64,000 bases of DNA, from contig JAEUQT010000002.1 of assembly GCA_016789445.1 (NCBI GenBank), positions 8,052 through 72,051 on the forward strand, written 5' to 3'. This stretch comes from a bacterium. Its GTDB lineage: Bacteria; Patescibacteriota; Minisyncoccia; Phycocordibacterales; UBA2100. Positions within the stretch are counted from its first letter, which is position 1. Each line of letters opens with the position of its first letter. Below, one piece after another: positions 16,878 to 26,999 of the stretch. The notes beneath the pieces are model-generated. The model worked only from the letters and a program-made list of their open reading frames with translations, did no database searches and was not told the DNA's origin. Made by a program: the position numbers and the translations under genes.

Positions 16878-17692
16878 GCCCGAAGTATTACGATTGCCAT
16901 ACGCACGTGAATTTTGTGGCGTTCAAGGATGATGCTGATGCGACCATTAAGCGCGCGCAGGATGCGGGGGTGGGCATGATCATGGTCGGGACGCAGTACG
17001 ATACTTCGGCAGACGCGGTGAAGGTTGCCGAGGCGCATGAAAACGTGTACGCAGCCATCGGCTTGCATCCGATCCACAGCACGAAGTCGTATCACGACGA
17101 GAAGGAGCTCGGTGAGGGCGGGAAGGAATTTACGTCTCGGGGAGAGGTTTTCGACGCGGCGAAATACGAGGCGCTCGCGCAGTCGCCCAAGGTGGTGGCG
17201 ATAGGAGAATGCGGACTCGATTACTATCGCCTCGAAGGCGATACGAAGAAAGTGCAGGAAGAAACCTTTGTGCAGCAGATCGAGATGGCGAATCGACTCC
17301 AGAAGCCGCTCATGCTCCATATCCGTAATGCATACGAGGATTCGCTCGCGCTCCTGAAGGCGCACGCGAAGGTAAAAGGGGACGTGCATTTCTTTGCAGG
17401 GGATTGGAATGTCGCAAAGCAGTTCTTGGACTTCGGCTTCACGCTCTCGTTCACCGGAGTGCTCACCTTCGCGCGGGACTACGATGAGGTCGTCCGCAAT
17501 GCCCCCTTGGACATGCTCCTTACCGAGACCGATGCGCCATATGTGGCACCGAAGCCCTACCGCGGGAAGCGGAACGAGCCCGCCTATGTGGTGGAGGTTG
17601 TGAAGGCTATCGCTGAGATCCGCAGGGAGCCTCTCGAGAAGGTCCAGGAACAGCTCGCGGCCAATGCTCGGCGGGTATTTGGGCTGAAATAG
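16874..17692 (+). CDS. tatD: TatD-family metal-dependent hydrolase (DNase)
   Basis: DCHTH motif, GLHP and GECGLDY motifs. 4-bp overlap with the metG stop (conserved metG-tatD linkage). Confidence 0.8.
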   Translation: MSPKYYDCHTHVNFVAFKDDADATIKRAQDAGVGMIMVGTQYDTSADAVKVAEAHENVYAAIGLHPIHSTKSYHDEKELGEGGKEFTSRGEVFDAAKYEALAQSPKVVAIGECGLDYYRLEGDTKKVQEETFVQQIEMANRLQKPLMLHIRNAYEDSLALLKAHAKVKGDVHFFAGDWNVAKQFLDFGFTLSFTGVLTFARDYDEVVRNAPLDMLLTETDAPYVAPKPYRGKRNEPAYVVEVVKAIAEIRREPLEKVQEQLAANARRVFGLK

Positions 17693-17754
17693 CCCGTAAA
17701 TGAGCCGATTCTTGCGATTTTCATACCCGCGTGCTACAGTGCCCGAACTCAAAT

Positions 17755-18246
17755 ATGTCAGCAGAATCCCATGAAAACGAGGTCGTAACCCGCATCTACG
17801 AGGCGGGCTATCATATTGTTCCTACCGTTAAGGAAGAGGACGTCGAAACGGTGGTCTCCAGCATCCGCTCTGAGATCGAGAAGCTCGGCGGTTCGTTCAT
17901 CGCCGAAGGCGCTCCTACCCTCATCAAGCTCTCGTTCGACATGGACAAGCGCGAGGGCGAGAAGCATGTCGCGTATGACCGCGGCTACTTCGGCTGGCTC
18001 AAGTTCGAGGCAGGCACCCATGCGGCAAAGGCGCTTACGGACTCGCTCCAGGCGAACCCACAGATCCTCCGCTCCATGGTGTTCAAGACGCTCCGCGAGG
18101 ATACGCGTGCCAAGTTCAAGGCGCCGCAGCTTCGCGAGGTGAAGCGCACCGACGCTATCAAGGCGTCGCCTCGTAAGGAGGAAGATAAGGCACCGGTTTC
18201 TGAAGCAGATCTTGAGAAGGCTCTCGAGACACTGACGCAGGAATAG
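17755..18246 (+). CDS. rpsF: 30S ribosomal protein S6 with a C-terminal acidic/lysine-rich tail
   Basis: S6 core (Y....I..P.......E....GG......G...LAY.........G.Y) in the rpsF-ssb-rpsR arrangement. Start chosen at MSAES, 14 nt after the extended -10 TGcTACAGT. Upstream ATGs at 17731 or 17737 are possible. Confidence 0.7.
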   Translation: MSAESHENEVVTRIYEAGYHIVPTVKEEDVETVVSSIRSEIEKLGGSFIAEGAPTLIKLSFDMDKREGEKHVAYDRGYFGWLKFEAGTHAAKALTDSLQANPQILRSMVFKTLREDTRAKFKAPQLREVKRTDAIKASPRKEEDKAPVSEADLEKALETLTQE

Positions 18247-18259
18247 GTATACTTATCGT

Positions 18260-18703
18260 ATGTACTTGAACAAAGCGCTGCTCTACGGTAATCTCACCCG
18301 CGACCCTGAGCTTCGTTCCTTGCCGAGCGGCATGAACGTCGTTAACTTCTCGATCGCTACGAACCGCACTTTTAAGGATCGTGACGGCAAGAAGCAGGAA
18401 CAGACGGATTTCCATAACGTGGTAGTCTTCGGACGCCAGGCGGATACCGTCTCGCAGTACCTCAAGAAGGGTTCCGCAGTCTTCGTTGAAGGCCGTATGC
18501 AGACCCGCTCATGGGAGAAGGAAGGTCAGAAGATGTACCGAACCGAAGTGGTTGCCGACCGGGTCCAGTTCGGACCACGAGGTGCCGGCGGAGGAGGTGG
18601 CGGTAATCGTTCGCATGATTCGCAGCCTGAAGATGACGGCGGAAGCAGCGCAGGCATCGATTACCCGAAGGATGATATAAACCCAGACGATATCCCGTTT
18701 TAA
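18260..18703 (+). CDS. ssb: Single-stranded DNA-binding protein
   Basis: OB-fold SSB motifs, a Gly-rich linker and the C-terminal acidic tail ...DDIPF. Confidence 0.9.
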   Translation: MYLNKALLYGNLTRDPELRSLPSGMNVVNFSIATNRTFKDRDGKKQEQTDFHNVVVFGRQADTVSQYLKKGSAVFVEGRMQTRSWEKEGQKMYRTEVVADRVQFGPRGAGGGGGGNRSHDSQPEDDGGSSAGIDYPKDDINPDDIPF

Positions 18704-18712
18704 ACAAGCTTT

Positions 18713-18910
18713 ATGGCAAATATACTTACCCAGAATGATATCCAGCACGTCGACTACAAGGATGTCGACTTGCTCAAGAACTTCATCAATCCGCATGGCC
18801 GCGTGATGGATCGTCGCAAGACGAATCTCACCGCGAAGCAGCAGCGCGCGGTTGAGGAGGCGGTGAAGCGTGCGCGCTTCATGGGGCTTCTACCTTACAT
18901 TCAGAAGTAA
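18713..18910 (+). CDS. rpsR: 30S ribosomal protein S18
   Basis: Conserved S18 sequence (DYKDV..L..F....G....RR.T...AK.QR....A.KRAR...LLPY). Confidence 0.9.
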   Translation: MANILTQNDIQHVDYKDVDLLKNFINPHGRVMDRRKTNLTAKQQRAVEEAVKRARFMGLLPYIQK

Positions 18911-18922
18911 TGCTTCTGGAGA

Positions 18923-18952
18923 AAAAGCCCCGCTTTCGCGGGGCTTTTTCTA
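18923..18952. terminator. Bidirectional rho-independent terminator (AAAAAGCCCCGC-tttc-GCGGGGCTTTTTC) shared by rpsR (+) and efp (-)
   Basis: Perfect 12-bp stem flanked by A-run and T-run on both sides, lying between convergent genes. Confidence 0.6.
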
Positions 18953-18965
18953 TAGGGGAGAGACG

Positions 18966-19532
18966 CTAGGCGCGCTCGACGTATTCGCCGGTCTCGGTAT
19001 TGATAACCAAGACATCACCCTCCTTGATGAACATCGGGACCGTGAGCGTTGCGCCGGTTTCGAGCGTAACGATCTTCGAGCCGCCCTGAGCAGTATTTCC
19101 GCGGACATCTGGTGGAGCCTCCTTAACCTTGAGCTGGACCTTTATAGGAAGCTTCACATGGAAGATCTTGCCGTTGAATGCCTCGGTCTCGACTTCAGTA
19201 TTCGGTTTCAAGAACTGCCCGCCGTCACCCATCATCTCGTCAGAGAGTGAGAAGCGCTTCGACTTGTCAGTGCCTTCGTGGAAGATCCACTCACCCTTGC
19301 GTTCGTCGTGGAAGACGAAGGTTGCCGGCTTCTTCTCGATCTCGGCCTCGTTGAGTTTGTCCGACTGCTGGAACGAGTACTCAATGGAATTGCCGCGGAT
19401 GAGATGGCGCAGCTTGGTCTGATTGACCGGGCGGCGCTGCTGCTTCTGCATGATGTTATTCCACGTGCAGACGTAGGGTTCGCCTTCGACGATGACGGCG
19501 ACGCCAGGCTTTACTTCGTTGTAATTCAACAT
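18966..19532 (-). CDS. efp: Elongation factor P
   Basis: 188 aa. EF-P three-domain pattern (VKPG.......G.PY.V...........Q.....K...L..G and C-terminal G..V.VP.FI..GD...I.T..G.Y..RA). Confidence 0.85.
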   Translation of the reverse strand: MLNYNEVKPGVAVIVEGEPYVCTWNNIMQKQQRRPVNQTKLRHLIRGNSIEYSFQQSDKLNEAEIEKKPATFVFHDERKGEWIFHEGTDKSKRFSLSDEMMGDGGQFLKPNTEVETEAFNGKIFHVKLPIKVQLKVKEAPPDVRGNTAQGGSKIVTLETGATLTVPMFIKEGDVLVINTETGEYVERA

Positions 19533-19571
19533 ATCGGCGTATTCTAGCCAGAAACACGCCCTTGTCCAACC

Positions 19572-20639
19572 TTATTCTTCTTCACTTCCGGAGCCACGGG
19601 ACGGAGTGCCGCCGTTCTCGAGATTCTTGCGGATATCTTTGAGGAGGGAATTGAGTACGGGCTTATTGTCGCGCAGGAAGGTGCGGGCTGCGTCGTAGCC
19701 ACGACCGAGCTTGTGCTCGCCGTACTGATAGGAGCCGCCGGATGATTTCTCCAATACGCCCATCTTCTCGCCGAGCGCCAAGGCTTCGCCTTCGCGGGAG
19801 ATGCCTTCGCCGTACATCATGTCGAACTCTGTCTGACGGAAGGGGGCTGCCACCTTGTTCTTTACGATCTTCACGCGATGGCGGCCGCCCATGACTTCGT
19901 CGCCCTTCTTGATCTGTGCGATGCGACGGATATCGATACGGACCGACGTGTAGAACTTGAGTGCTTTGCCGCCCGGAGTGGTTTCCGGATTGCCGAACAT
20001 GACGCCGATCTGCATGCGGATCTGGTTGATGAAGATGACGACGGTCTTCGTCTTGGAGACGATTGCGGTGAGTTTGCGCAGCGCCTGTGACATGAGGCGA
20101 GCTTGCTTGCCGACATGCTGCGCGCCCATATCGCCCTCGATTTCGTCTTTTGGAGTGAGGGCTGCGACCGAGTCGACGACGATGACGTCGATCTTGCCGC
20201 TGCGCACGAGCGATTCCGTGATTTCTAGTGCTTGTTCGCCGGTGTCCGGCTGCGAGACGAGGAGAGAATTGATGTCGACGCCGAGCTTCTTGGCGTATTC
20301 AGGATCGAGCGCATGCTCTGCGTCGATGAATGCGCACACGCCGCCTTTTCGTTGTGCTTCGGCTATTGCATGGAGGGAGAGCGTGGTCTTACCGGAGCTT
20401 TCAGGTCCGAAGATCTCGACGATGCGTCCACGGGGGAGTCCGCCGATGCCGAGCGCCCAATCGATACCGATAGAACCGGTAGAGATCGCGTTCACGTCTA
20501 CCTTCGGTGTGTCGCCGAGCTTCATGATCGCTTCGTCGCCGAACTTTGTCTTGATCTCAGATAATGCGCGGTCGATGTCTTTGTCGGTGCCGGTACCCAC
20601 TTCTTTCGGAGGAGCTTTCTCTTTCTTTTTGACTGCCAT
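19572..20639 (-). CDS. recA: Recombinase RecA
   Basis: Walker [11 protein letters not shown]1/L2 loop motifs, IFINQ.R. Start placed at MAVKKKEK (ATG at 20639), 6 nt after a TACATT -10-like hexamer. The tabulated ORF extends further upstream without support. Confidence 0.9.
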   Translation of the reverse strand: MAVKKKEKAPPKEVGTGTDKDIDRALSEIKTKFGDEAIMKLGDTPKVDVNAISTGSIGIDWALGIGGLPRGRIVEIFGPESSGKTTLSLHAIAEAQRKGGVCAFIDAEHALDPEYAKKLGVDINSLLVSQPDTGEQALEITESLVRSGKIDVIVVDSVAALTPKDEIEGDMGAQHVGKQARLMSQALRKLTAIVSKTKTVVIFINQIRMQIGVMFGNPETTPGGKALKFYTSVRIDIRRIAQIKKGDEVMGGRHRVKIVKNKVAAPFRQTEFDMMYGEGISREGEALALGEKMGVLEKSSGGSYQYGEHKLGRGYDAARTFLRDNKPVLNSLLKDIRKNLENGGTPSRGSGSEEE

Positions 20640-20691
20640 ACGGGAAATGTATCGGTTAATGGGTAAGTATGAATGAAGTATATCGTGCCGC

Positions 20692-21111
20692 TTAGAGAGG
20701 GGTGGAGGGGGTCGAAGTGGCTGGGGATGAGGTTGCGTGGGAAGCACCTGGCACATAAGAGCCCTCAGGCGCACGGTAGACGATATCGAGGGTCGCCGAG
20801 GTGGTGCGACCGCGCGCATCGCGCGCCTCCAGGATGATGCGGTTCGAGCCGTCGGCGAGCAGGTACGGTTCATCGAACTCACCGTCTTCCGTCACGCTGA
20901 TGGTGTTTCCATTCAGGCGGAGTTCGGAGATGCGCTCAACATGACCCTTGATTGAGGTGAAGGCGGTATCCGAAGAAGTGGCCGTGTGTTCAAGCTCGAT
21001 CGAGGGTCCATACACGAGGCCTTGTGCTTCGTAGAGTGCGTAGCCTCCCGCGAGGAGGAAGAAAAGCGTGAGAAGGAGGCGGATGAAGCGGGAATCACGT
21101 GAAGGGCGCAT
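20692..21111 (-). CDS. Hypothetical exported/membrane-anchored protein with an Ig-like beta domain
   Basis: 139 aa with an N-terminal TM/signal helix ([18 protein letters not shown]), a beta-rich middle and an S/T/P-rich tail. Its 5-prime end overlaps the ftsK stop by a few bases. Confidence 0.5.
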   Translation of the reverse strand: MRPSRDSRFIRLLLTLFFLLAGGYALYEAQGLVYGPSIELEHTATSSDTAFTSIKGHVERISELRLNGNTISVTEDGEFDEPYLLADGSNRIILEARDARGRTTSATLDIVYRAPEGSYVPGASHATSSPATSTPSTPL

Positions 21112-21114
21112 ACG

Positions 21115-23349
21115 CTAACCCCGGTTGTATTCGTCTTCTTCGGCTGCTTCTGCAGCGGCAACGAGCTCGTCGGCGTTACCGGCACCGATGACTTCTCGTG
21201 GCTTCGCGCCGTCGGCAGGGCCGATGACACCACGCTCCTCGAGCATGTCGATAAGCTTTGCGGCGCGTGAATAGCCTACACCGAGCTTGCGCTGGAGGTA
21301 GGAGGTAGATGCTTTGCCGGCCTCCAAGACCGCTTGTTTCGCTTCGGCGTACTTGTCGTCGCCCTCCTCATCTTCCATAGAGGCGAAGATGGAGCCGGAA
21401 TCGTTTTGCTGCTTCTCGGAGAAGTCCACGCTATCCAATCCTGCGTCGTTGTTCTTGATGATGTGTGCAACGACCTTCTTGACCTCGCTCTCGGAAATGT
21501 ACGGTGCTTGGATACGGCGCGGCTTCGACATATCGCTCGAGAGGAAGAGCATGTCTCCGGCGCCAAGCAGTTTTTCTGCGCCACCGGTGTCCAGGATGGT
21601 GCGGGAATCGATCTGTGAGGCGACCTGGAAGGCGACGCGAGAGGGGACATTCGCCTTGATGAGGCCGGTGATGACTTTCACCGATGGTCGTTGGGTCGAG
21701 AGTATGAGATGGATGCCGACAGCGCGGCTCATCTGGGCAAGGCGGACTATGCCAGCCTCGAGTTCGCGCGGATAGGTCTGCATGATGTCCGCCAGTTCAT
21801 CGATGATGACCACGATGTACGGCATGGCTTCCGGCATCTGCTCGGCGGTGCCTTTCTCGATTGCCGGAGCGACGACGTTCTCGTGATACGAGGCGATATC
21901 GCGGACCTTTTCCGTCTGGAGGACGTCATAGCGTCTATCCATCTCCTTGGCGAGCCACTTCAGCGCGAGGATGGCCTTCTTGGCATCGGTAATGACCGGT
22001 GCAAGCAAGTGGGGAATGCCGCCGTAGAGCGTGAGTTCGACGCGCTTCGGGTCCACCATGATGAAGCGCAAACGCTCGGGGCCTGCGCGATAGAGAAGGG
22101 ATACGACGAAGTCGTGTATACAGACAGATTTACCGGAGCCGGTCGTACCTGCCACGAGCATGTGTGGCATTTTGGCGAGGTCAGCGAAGTGGGCGGCGCC
22201 GGTGATCGTTCGGCCAAGGCCAAGGAGAAGCGGTTTCGGTGATTGCGTGAATTCATTGTCGCCAAAGAGCGGGGCAAGACCGAGCGTGGTGCGAGAGATG
22301 TTCGGGACTTCGATACCGACCAGTGCTTTTCCAGGAATCGGCGCTTCGATGCGGACCGGCGAAGCGGCGAGCGCGAGCTCGAGATTCGACTGAAGGGCAA
22401 CGATTTTCGCAAGCCGGACGCCCTCGGCCGGCTTCATGGCATACCGAGTTACGGTTGGTCCGATCGAAACCTCATCCATCTCTACTTGAATGCCGAAGTT
22501 CTGGAGCGTGCGCTTGATGATGTTCATGTTCGCCTTTACGTCACCGACTTCAGGCTTACCTTTGTTCTTGCCGAGAAGGGCGAGTGGCGGCGGATCATAG
22601 ACGCTCGCACTCGCGGCGATGATCGGGAAGCCAGCATTCGCATTCGATTCGCCGGACATTTCAGCGATCTGCACGCGTGGCGCAGGTGCTTCTCGGGCGT
22701 CCTCTTCATCGGGAACGGTCTCAACGAGTTCATCAGGCTCATCGTCTTGTTCTTCAGGAATGCCAGCGATCGTGACTTCACGATCTTCTTCGTCCGATAG
22801 ACTCTCACCGCCACGCATGCCTTCGCGCAATGAGGCGATCCAGACACTCAAATGGACATCAAAGGCGATGATGAGCGCGGCAACACTGAATGAGAGAAGG
22901 AAGATGACGGTCGCGATGGTATCCACTGCCGCAACGAGGGGATTGGCTATTGCAGCACCAAGAATGCCGCCTTGCTCGGGAAACGCGAGTGCAATGAGCC
23001 CCAAACTTGAGAGAAGGAATACCAGGATGCTTATGATCTCGATGGCACCGAACCGCTTCTCAAACGAGCGCATGAGCGCGATGGCGAGAAGGAGGAGTGA
23101 GAACGGAAGAAGCATGTACCCAACTCCGAGGAGCTTCGAGAGAATGGTGAAGAGGAATGCGCCGACCGCCCCGCCGACTTCAAACGCAGCAAGTGCAAGG
23201 AAGATGCCGACCGCAACCGCAAGGACCGCACACACACCGCGGAGCGCCTCGATGCTTACGGGAAATGCGGGGATGCTTACATCTTCATCTTTTGAACGCT
23301 TATTGCTTTTGCGTTTCTCACGCTCCTTCTTTGCCATAGGTGCGCACAT
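21115..23349 (-). CDS. ftsK: DNA translocase FtsK/SpoIIIE
   Basis: N-terminal TM helices, an acidic linker, a motor domain (HMLVAGTTGSGKSV, Walker B IVVIIDELAD) and a C-terminal gamma winged-helix (YLQRKLGVGYSRAA.LID.LE..G). Confidence 0.9.
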   Translation of the reverse strand: MCAPMAKKEREKRKSNKRSKDEDVSIPAFPVSIEALRGVCAVLAVAVGIFLALAAFEVGGAVGAFLFTILSKLLGVGYMLLPFSLLLLAIALMRSFEKRFGAIEIISILVFLLSSLGLIALAFPEQGGILGAAIANPLVAAVDTIATVIFLLSFSVAALIIAFDVHLSVWIASLREGMRGGESLSDEEDREVTIAGIPEEQDDEPDELVETVPDEEDAREAPAPRVQIAEMSGESNANAGFPIIAASASVYDPPPLALLGKNKGKPEVGDVKANMNIIKRTLQNFGIQVEMDEVSIGPTVTRYAMKPAEGVRLAKIVALQSNLELALAASPVRIEAPIPGKALVGIEVPNISRTTLGLAPLFGDNEFTQSPKPLLLGLGRTITGAAHFADLAKMPHMLVAGTTGSGKSVCIHDFVVSLLYRAGPERLRFIMVDPKRVELTLYGGIPHLLAPVITDAKKAILALKWLAKEMDRRYDVLQTEKVRDIASYHENVVAPAIEKGTAEQMPEAMPYIVVIIDELADIMQTYPRELEAGIVRLAQMSRAVGIHLILSTQRPSVKVITGLIKANVPSRVAFQVASQIDSRTILDTGGAEKLLGAGDMLFLSSDMSKPRRIQAPYISESEVKKVVAHIIKNNDAGLDSVDFSEKQQNDSGSIFASMEDEEGDDKYAEAKQAVLEAGKASTSYLQRKLGVGYSRAAKLIDMLEERGVIGPADGAKPREVIGAGNADELVAAAEAAEEDEYNRG

Positions 23350-23454
23350 GATATCACGCGGGGAAGTGGCGATTTTCCCTTGCGTTATGCCATAAAATAC
23401 GCCTAACGCTTTCAGACATTGATAAGTGCTCTAGGCCGGCGCTATACTCGAGTC

Positions 23455-24267
23455 ATGCCTAAGGGACATGAAAAGGAAGTTTCAAAGACGACCTCGAATC
23501 CCACATCGGAATCTATAAAAGACGCGCAGGATGTATCAAACGTACTTCTTATATTGGACAGTATATCTATACGGACAAATCCTTTTGGTGCCAACGTATC
23601 TGGTGATAATTCATATCGTAGAGCGGAGAGAATAAGCGCTGCATTACACCTCGTGACCAATCATGTCCCAGAGGAAGAGCCATTGAGGTCGGTAATAAGA
23701 AATAAAGGCCTTGAGCTTCTGTCCGTAATTTTGGAACTACGATCGGGTTTCCGTGGGCCGGCTTCAGAAAAGGGACAGTCCGCCCTGGTGTCCATTCGTG
23801 AGCTCATATCCCTGATCCGTCTTCTCGCTGTTTCGGGGTACATCTCGGTCCAGAATGCCAATGCGATCGCCGAGGCGCTTGATGAGCTGGGCAGCCTTAT
23901 CGTGGTATCCCAGCGCTCTGCATTGGCGGAACAGCTCACCATTACGTCTGATCAGTTGATTCCTCCCACGTCTCCCATCGGCTTTATGCGCCAGGATCGC
24001 TCGCATTCCCCCGGACCTCGACCGGTGCGACGTCCACCGATGACGGCGGTTTCCACAGGGGAAGGGGATGCAGGCTCGAGCCAGCGTGCGGAGCGCATTA
24101 TGGATATATTGAAGCTTGGTGGCCTTTTGGGCATCCGAGACATCGCTTCAAACCTCCCGCAGTACAGCGAGAAGATGGTTCAGAGGGAATTGGCCGATCT
24201 GGTAGAGGCGGGGAAGGTAAAGAAAATCGGCGCGAAGCGGTGGAGCCGCTACCAGCTCCTCGGGTAG
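23455..24267 (+). CDS. Hypothetical protein with a C-terminal winged-helix DNA-binding domain (DeoR/MarR-like)
   Basis: Start chosen at MPKGHE because a TATACT hexamer ends 6 nt upstream, matching the leaderless pattern. The C-terminal ~60 aa (ILKLGGLLGIRDIASNLPQYSEKMVQRELADLVEAGKV) look like a wHTH. Confidence 0.5.
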   Translation: MPKGHEKEVSKTTSNPTSESIKDAQDVSNVLLILDSISIRTNPFGANVSGDNSYRRAERISAALHLVTNHVPEEEPLRSVIRNKGLELLSVILELRSGFRGPASEKGQSALVSIRELISLIRLLAVSGYISVQNANAIAEALDELGSLIVVSQRSALAEQLTITSDQLIPPTSPIGFMRQDRSHSPGPRPVRRPPMTAVSTGEGDAGSSQRAERIMDILKLGGLLGIRDIASNLPQYSEKMVQRELADLVEAGKVKKIGAKRWSRYQLLG

Positions 24268-24891
24268 ATAGTTGCCATTTATGTGGCTTATTTGCTGGGT
24301 TTTTTAGACGTTTTTGCGTGAGGATAAATGCCGTGTTTTAGTCGCGTTTTTCGTTGACTTTTTCTTCATCCTGCCGTATCGTCCCGTGGTGGCTAGTTGG
24401 CTAGAAACGCTTAAATTAAGCCGTTTCTCTCCACTAGTTATCCACAAAGATGAATGCCTTAGAGAGGTGTTCTGAAATACAGCTAGTTTATAATTGCGTC
24501 GATGCTGGTCCGGCTTCCGGAGCATGCATTTCGCAGTACAGGCTGGTCTTGGTGCGACGTTCATTGACATCTTCATAGGCATTACATGGAGAGCTTCCAG
24601 CTGAAAGGTTGGGGGCGTTCGCTCGTCTCCATCTACTAGACAGTAGAGAATTACGCGATTCCAGAAACGGTAGAAATGTCCAGTTACGGCTGTACGGATG
24701 AATGTCTTTTCCCAAACGATGCTAACCCTCGTTCCGTCACTTTTTAGAAGCACGGCTCGGGGCTAGCAAATTATTAATGCGTGCTCGCAACGCACGTATC
24801 TAGCATGTGTGACCCGGTCGAACGATCACACGTGCGGTCTTCTGCTTTCCGAAAGGCGGTGGGAGATTGAAAAAGGTCAAATATCAAAACT

Positions 24892-26853
24892 ATGAGTTTA
24901 GCAACAAAGAATGTTGCGACAGTGCTCGTGGGTTCTGTGTTGGTTCTTGCGCTTTCGTTTGCTTTTGTCACTCCGGCAAAGGCGGACATGCTCTCTGACC
25001 TCCAGGCTCAGGTTCAGGCATTGCTCGCTCAGATCGCAGCTCTCGGCGGTGGTTCTACGACTACTTCCGGTGCAGGCTGCTACGCGTTCACACAGTCTCA
25101 TCAGCAGGGTCAGTCCGGCGGCGAGATCATGTGGATCCAGAAGTTCCTTAACAGCCATGGTGCACAGGTTGCAGCTTCGGGCGCTGGTTCTCCAGGCAAC
25201 GAGACTGCATACTTCGGCGCTATGACGAAGGCCGCTGTCGCAAAGTTCCAGGCAGCTAACGGCATCACGCCGGCAGCTGGTTACTGGGGCCCGATCACGA
25301 TCGCAAAGGCTAAGAGCCTCTGCGCATCTGCTCCGACAACGGGTACTCCGTCGACTGGCGGTGAGTCTCTCAGCGGTTCAGCTGGCAGCATCTCGCTCAA
25401 CTCTTACTCTGCAGACGTCGAAGACGATGTCTACACTGGTGAGACTGAGAAGGTCCTCGGCTTCCGCGTTGAGGCTTCGGGTGGTGACGTTCGCGTGACG
25501 AATACTCGCGTGAAGTTCACCTACACCGGTGCTTCGACTGGCTCTGATCGCCTCGGCAACTACGCTTCTGAGATCAGCGTCTGGGCAAACGGCCAGAAGA
25601 TCGCGGCAATGTCGCCGTCGAGCTTCGTCCGTGACTCCGCAGGTGTCTACTCTGCAAGCATCCCGGTTTCTCAGGTTGTCCGCATGGGCAGCAACAACAA
25701 GGTCACCTTCAACATTGGCTTCACGGCTAATGCAAGTGTAGATACGGATGACGTATCGAAGGCTTGGACGGCTGAGCTTGTTCAGACCCGCTACACCGAC
25801 GCTTCTGGCGCAACGCTCTTCGACTCGACGAGCGTCAGCAATGCTGGAGTCAACGTGAAGCGCCTCTCGTCTTCTTCGGACGTGAAGCTCCGCATCGCGG
25901 AAGGTTCTGGCAATCCGAAGGCAGGCAACGTTAAGGTTTCGACCACGGGCACGACTGAAATCACGCTCGCTGAGTTCACCCTTAAGGCTGAAGGTGCAGA
26001 GATGGAGTTCGATACCCTCAAGGCAACGAGCACCATCACGGGCGCTTCAACTAACAGCGATATGGTTCAGGAGTTCTACCTCATGCGTGGTAGCACTCGT
26101 CTCGCAGACATCACCGCGACTTCGACCACTTCGTACCTCGAGTTCGATCTCGATGATACGGAGACGATCGCAAAGGATGCTACGCAGACCTACCGCATCG
26201 TTGCTAAGGTTAACAAGACCAGCACTGGCACTTTCGATGACGGTGACAGCATCAAGGTTGATGTAAACGGCGGTGAATACTACATCGCTGCTAAGTCGAC
26301 GTCTGATGGCAAGTCGGTCACGACTCGTGCAGGCTCGGTCACGACCTACACCCAGACGCTCTACGCAGAAGGTATCCAGGTTTCGAAGGTTGGCGAAAGC
26401 TTCACCCACAACCCTCAGGATACGTCTGCTAACAGCACGGGTGAGTTCAAGGTGACACTCCGCGTTACGAACTTCGGTTCTAACGACGTGTATGTCCCGC
26501 TTAGCGCTCTCGCATCGACGACTGCAGGTGCAGTTGGTGACAACAGCACTAAGGGCGTCTCGTACTACCTCTACAATGGCACTACTGCCACTTCGACGAC
26601 GGTTACGGCGACACTCTCTCGCGTCTCGGGCGGTACTGAGCTTACGAACTCCGTTCGTATCGGCGGCGGCTCTTCGGCTGACTTCCAGCTCGCAGTTACC
26701 TACAATCCGGATGTACCGGCTTCCACTGGTCAGTGGCGCGTACAGATCGGCAGCGTTGGTACTGCACTCACCGACGCTACTGCGGCGACAACTCTCACCA
26801 GGACTGTTCCTGCAGAGGACTTCCGCACTGGCTACTACACGGTCAACAACTAA
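24892..26853 (+). CDS. Abundant-surface-protein candidate (S-layer-like): signal peptide, coiled-coil, peptidoglycan-binding-like domain, long Thr/Ser/Gly-rich beta region
   Basis: Signal peptide ending AKA-DM, heptad Q/A-rich segment, and a PG_binding_1-like motif (GGEIMWIQKFLNSHG...ETAYFGAMTKAAVAKFQAANGITPAAGYWGPIT). Strong bias to GGT/GCT/ACT/TCT/CGT codons, unlike neighbouring genes, suggests very high expression. A strong terminator follows. Confidence 0.65.
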   Translation: MSLATKNVATVLVGSVLVLALSFAFVTPAKADMLSDLQAQVQALLAQIAALGGGSTTTSGAGCYAFTQSHQQGQSGGEIMWIQKFLNSHGAQVAASGAGSPGNETAYFGAMTKAAVAKFQAANGITPAAGYWGPITIAKAKSLCASAPTTGTPSTGGESLSGSAGSISLNSYSADVEDDVYTGETEKVLGFRVEASGGDVRVTNTRVKFTYTGASTGSDRLGNYASEISVWANGQKIAAMSPSSFVRDSAGVYSASIPVSQVVRMGSNNKVTFNIGFTANASVDTDDVSKAWTAELVQTRYTDASGATLFDSTSVSNAGVNVKRLSSSSDVKLRIAEGSGNPKAGNVKVSTTGTTEITLAEFTLKAEGAEMEFDTLKATSTITGASTNSDMVQEFYLMRGSTRLADITATSTTSYLEFDLDDTETIAKDATQTYRIVAKVNKTSTGTFDDGDSIKVDVNGGEYYIAAKSTSDGKSVTTRAGSVTTYTQTLYAEGIQVSKVGESFTHNPQDTSANSTGEFKVTLRVTNFGSNDVYVPLSALASTTAGAVGDNSTKGVSYYLYNGTTATSTTVTATLSRVSGGTELTNSVRIGGGSSADFQLAVTYNPDVPASTGQWRVQIGSVGTALTDATAATTLTRTVPAEDFRTGYYTVNN

Positions 26854-26907
26854 CGTTGCTTGATCCAGGTCTCGCAAGGGATCTCCAGTTGGGAATCGGC
26901 CCAACAG

Positions 26908-26942
26908 CAAAAACTCCCCCGCAAGGGGGAGTTTTTGTTTTG
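26908..26942 (+). terminator. Rho-independent terminator (AAAAACTCCCCC-gcaa-GGGGGAGTTTTTGTTTT)
   Basis: Perfect stem with a GNRA-like loop and a long T-tract after the surface-protein gene. Confidence 0.6.
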
Positions 26943-26999
26943 TGAGGTTGTGCACAGCGCGGTCTCGCGCTTCATGAAGTTTGGGAAGAGAATAGGGGC

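Noticed and set aside
16646-17752. 368-aa ORF on the minus strand antisense to metG/tatD
   Set aside because: Arg/His/Leu-rich composition typical of a reverse-frame shadow ORF in GC-rich coding DNA. The sense strand carries two well-supported genes (metG, tatD) with conserved motifs.
19957-20676. 239-aa + strand ORF antisense to recA
   Set aside because: Shadow ORF of the highly conserved recA.
24270-24890. Possible RNase P RNA, tmRNA or SRP RNA gene in the 620-nt non-coding region
   Set aside because: I searched by eye for the conserved cores (GGAAAGTCCGG / AGGGTGAAA for RNase P, the tRNA-like GGTTCGAATCC end of tmRNA, and GGUCCGGAAGGAAGCAGC of SRP RNA) on both strands and found none. Treated as promoter plus leader for the downstream surface-protein gene instead.
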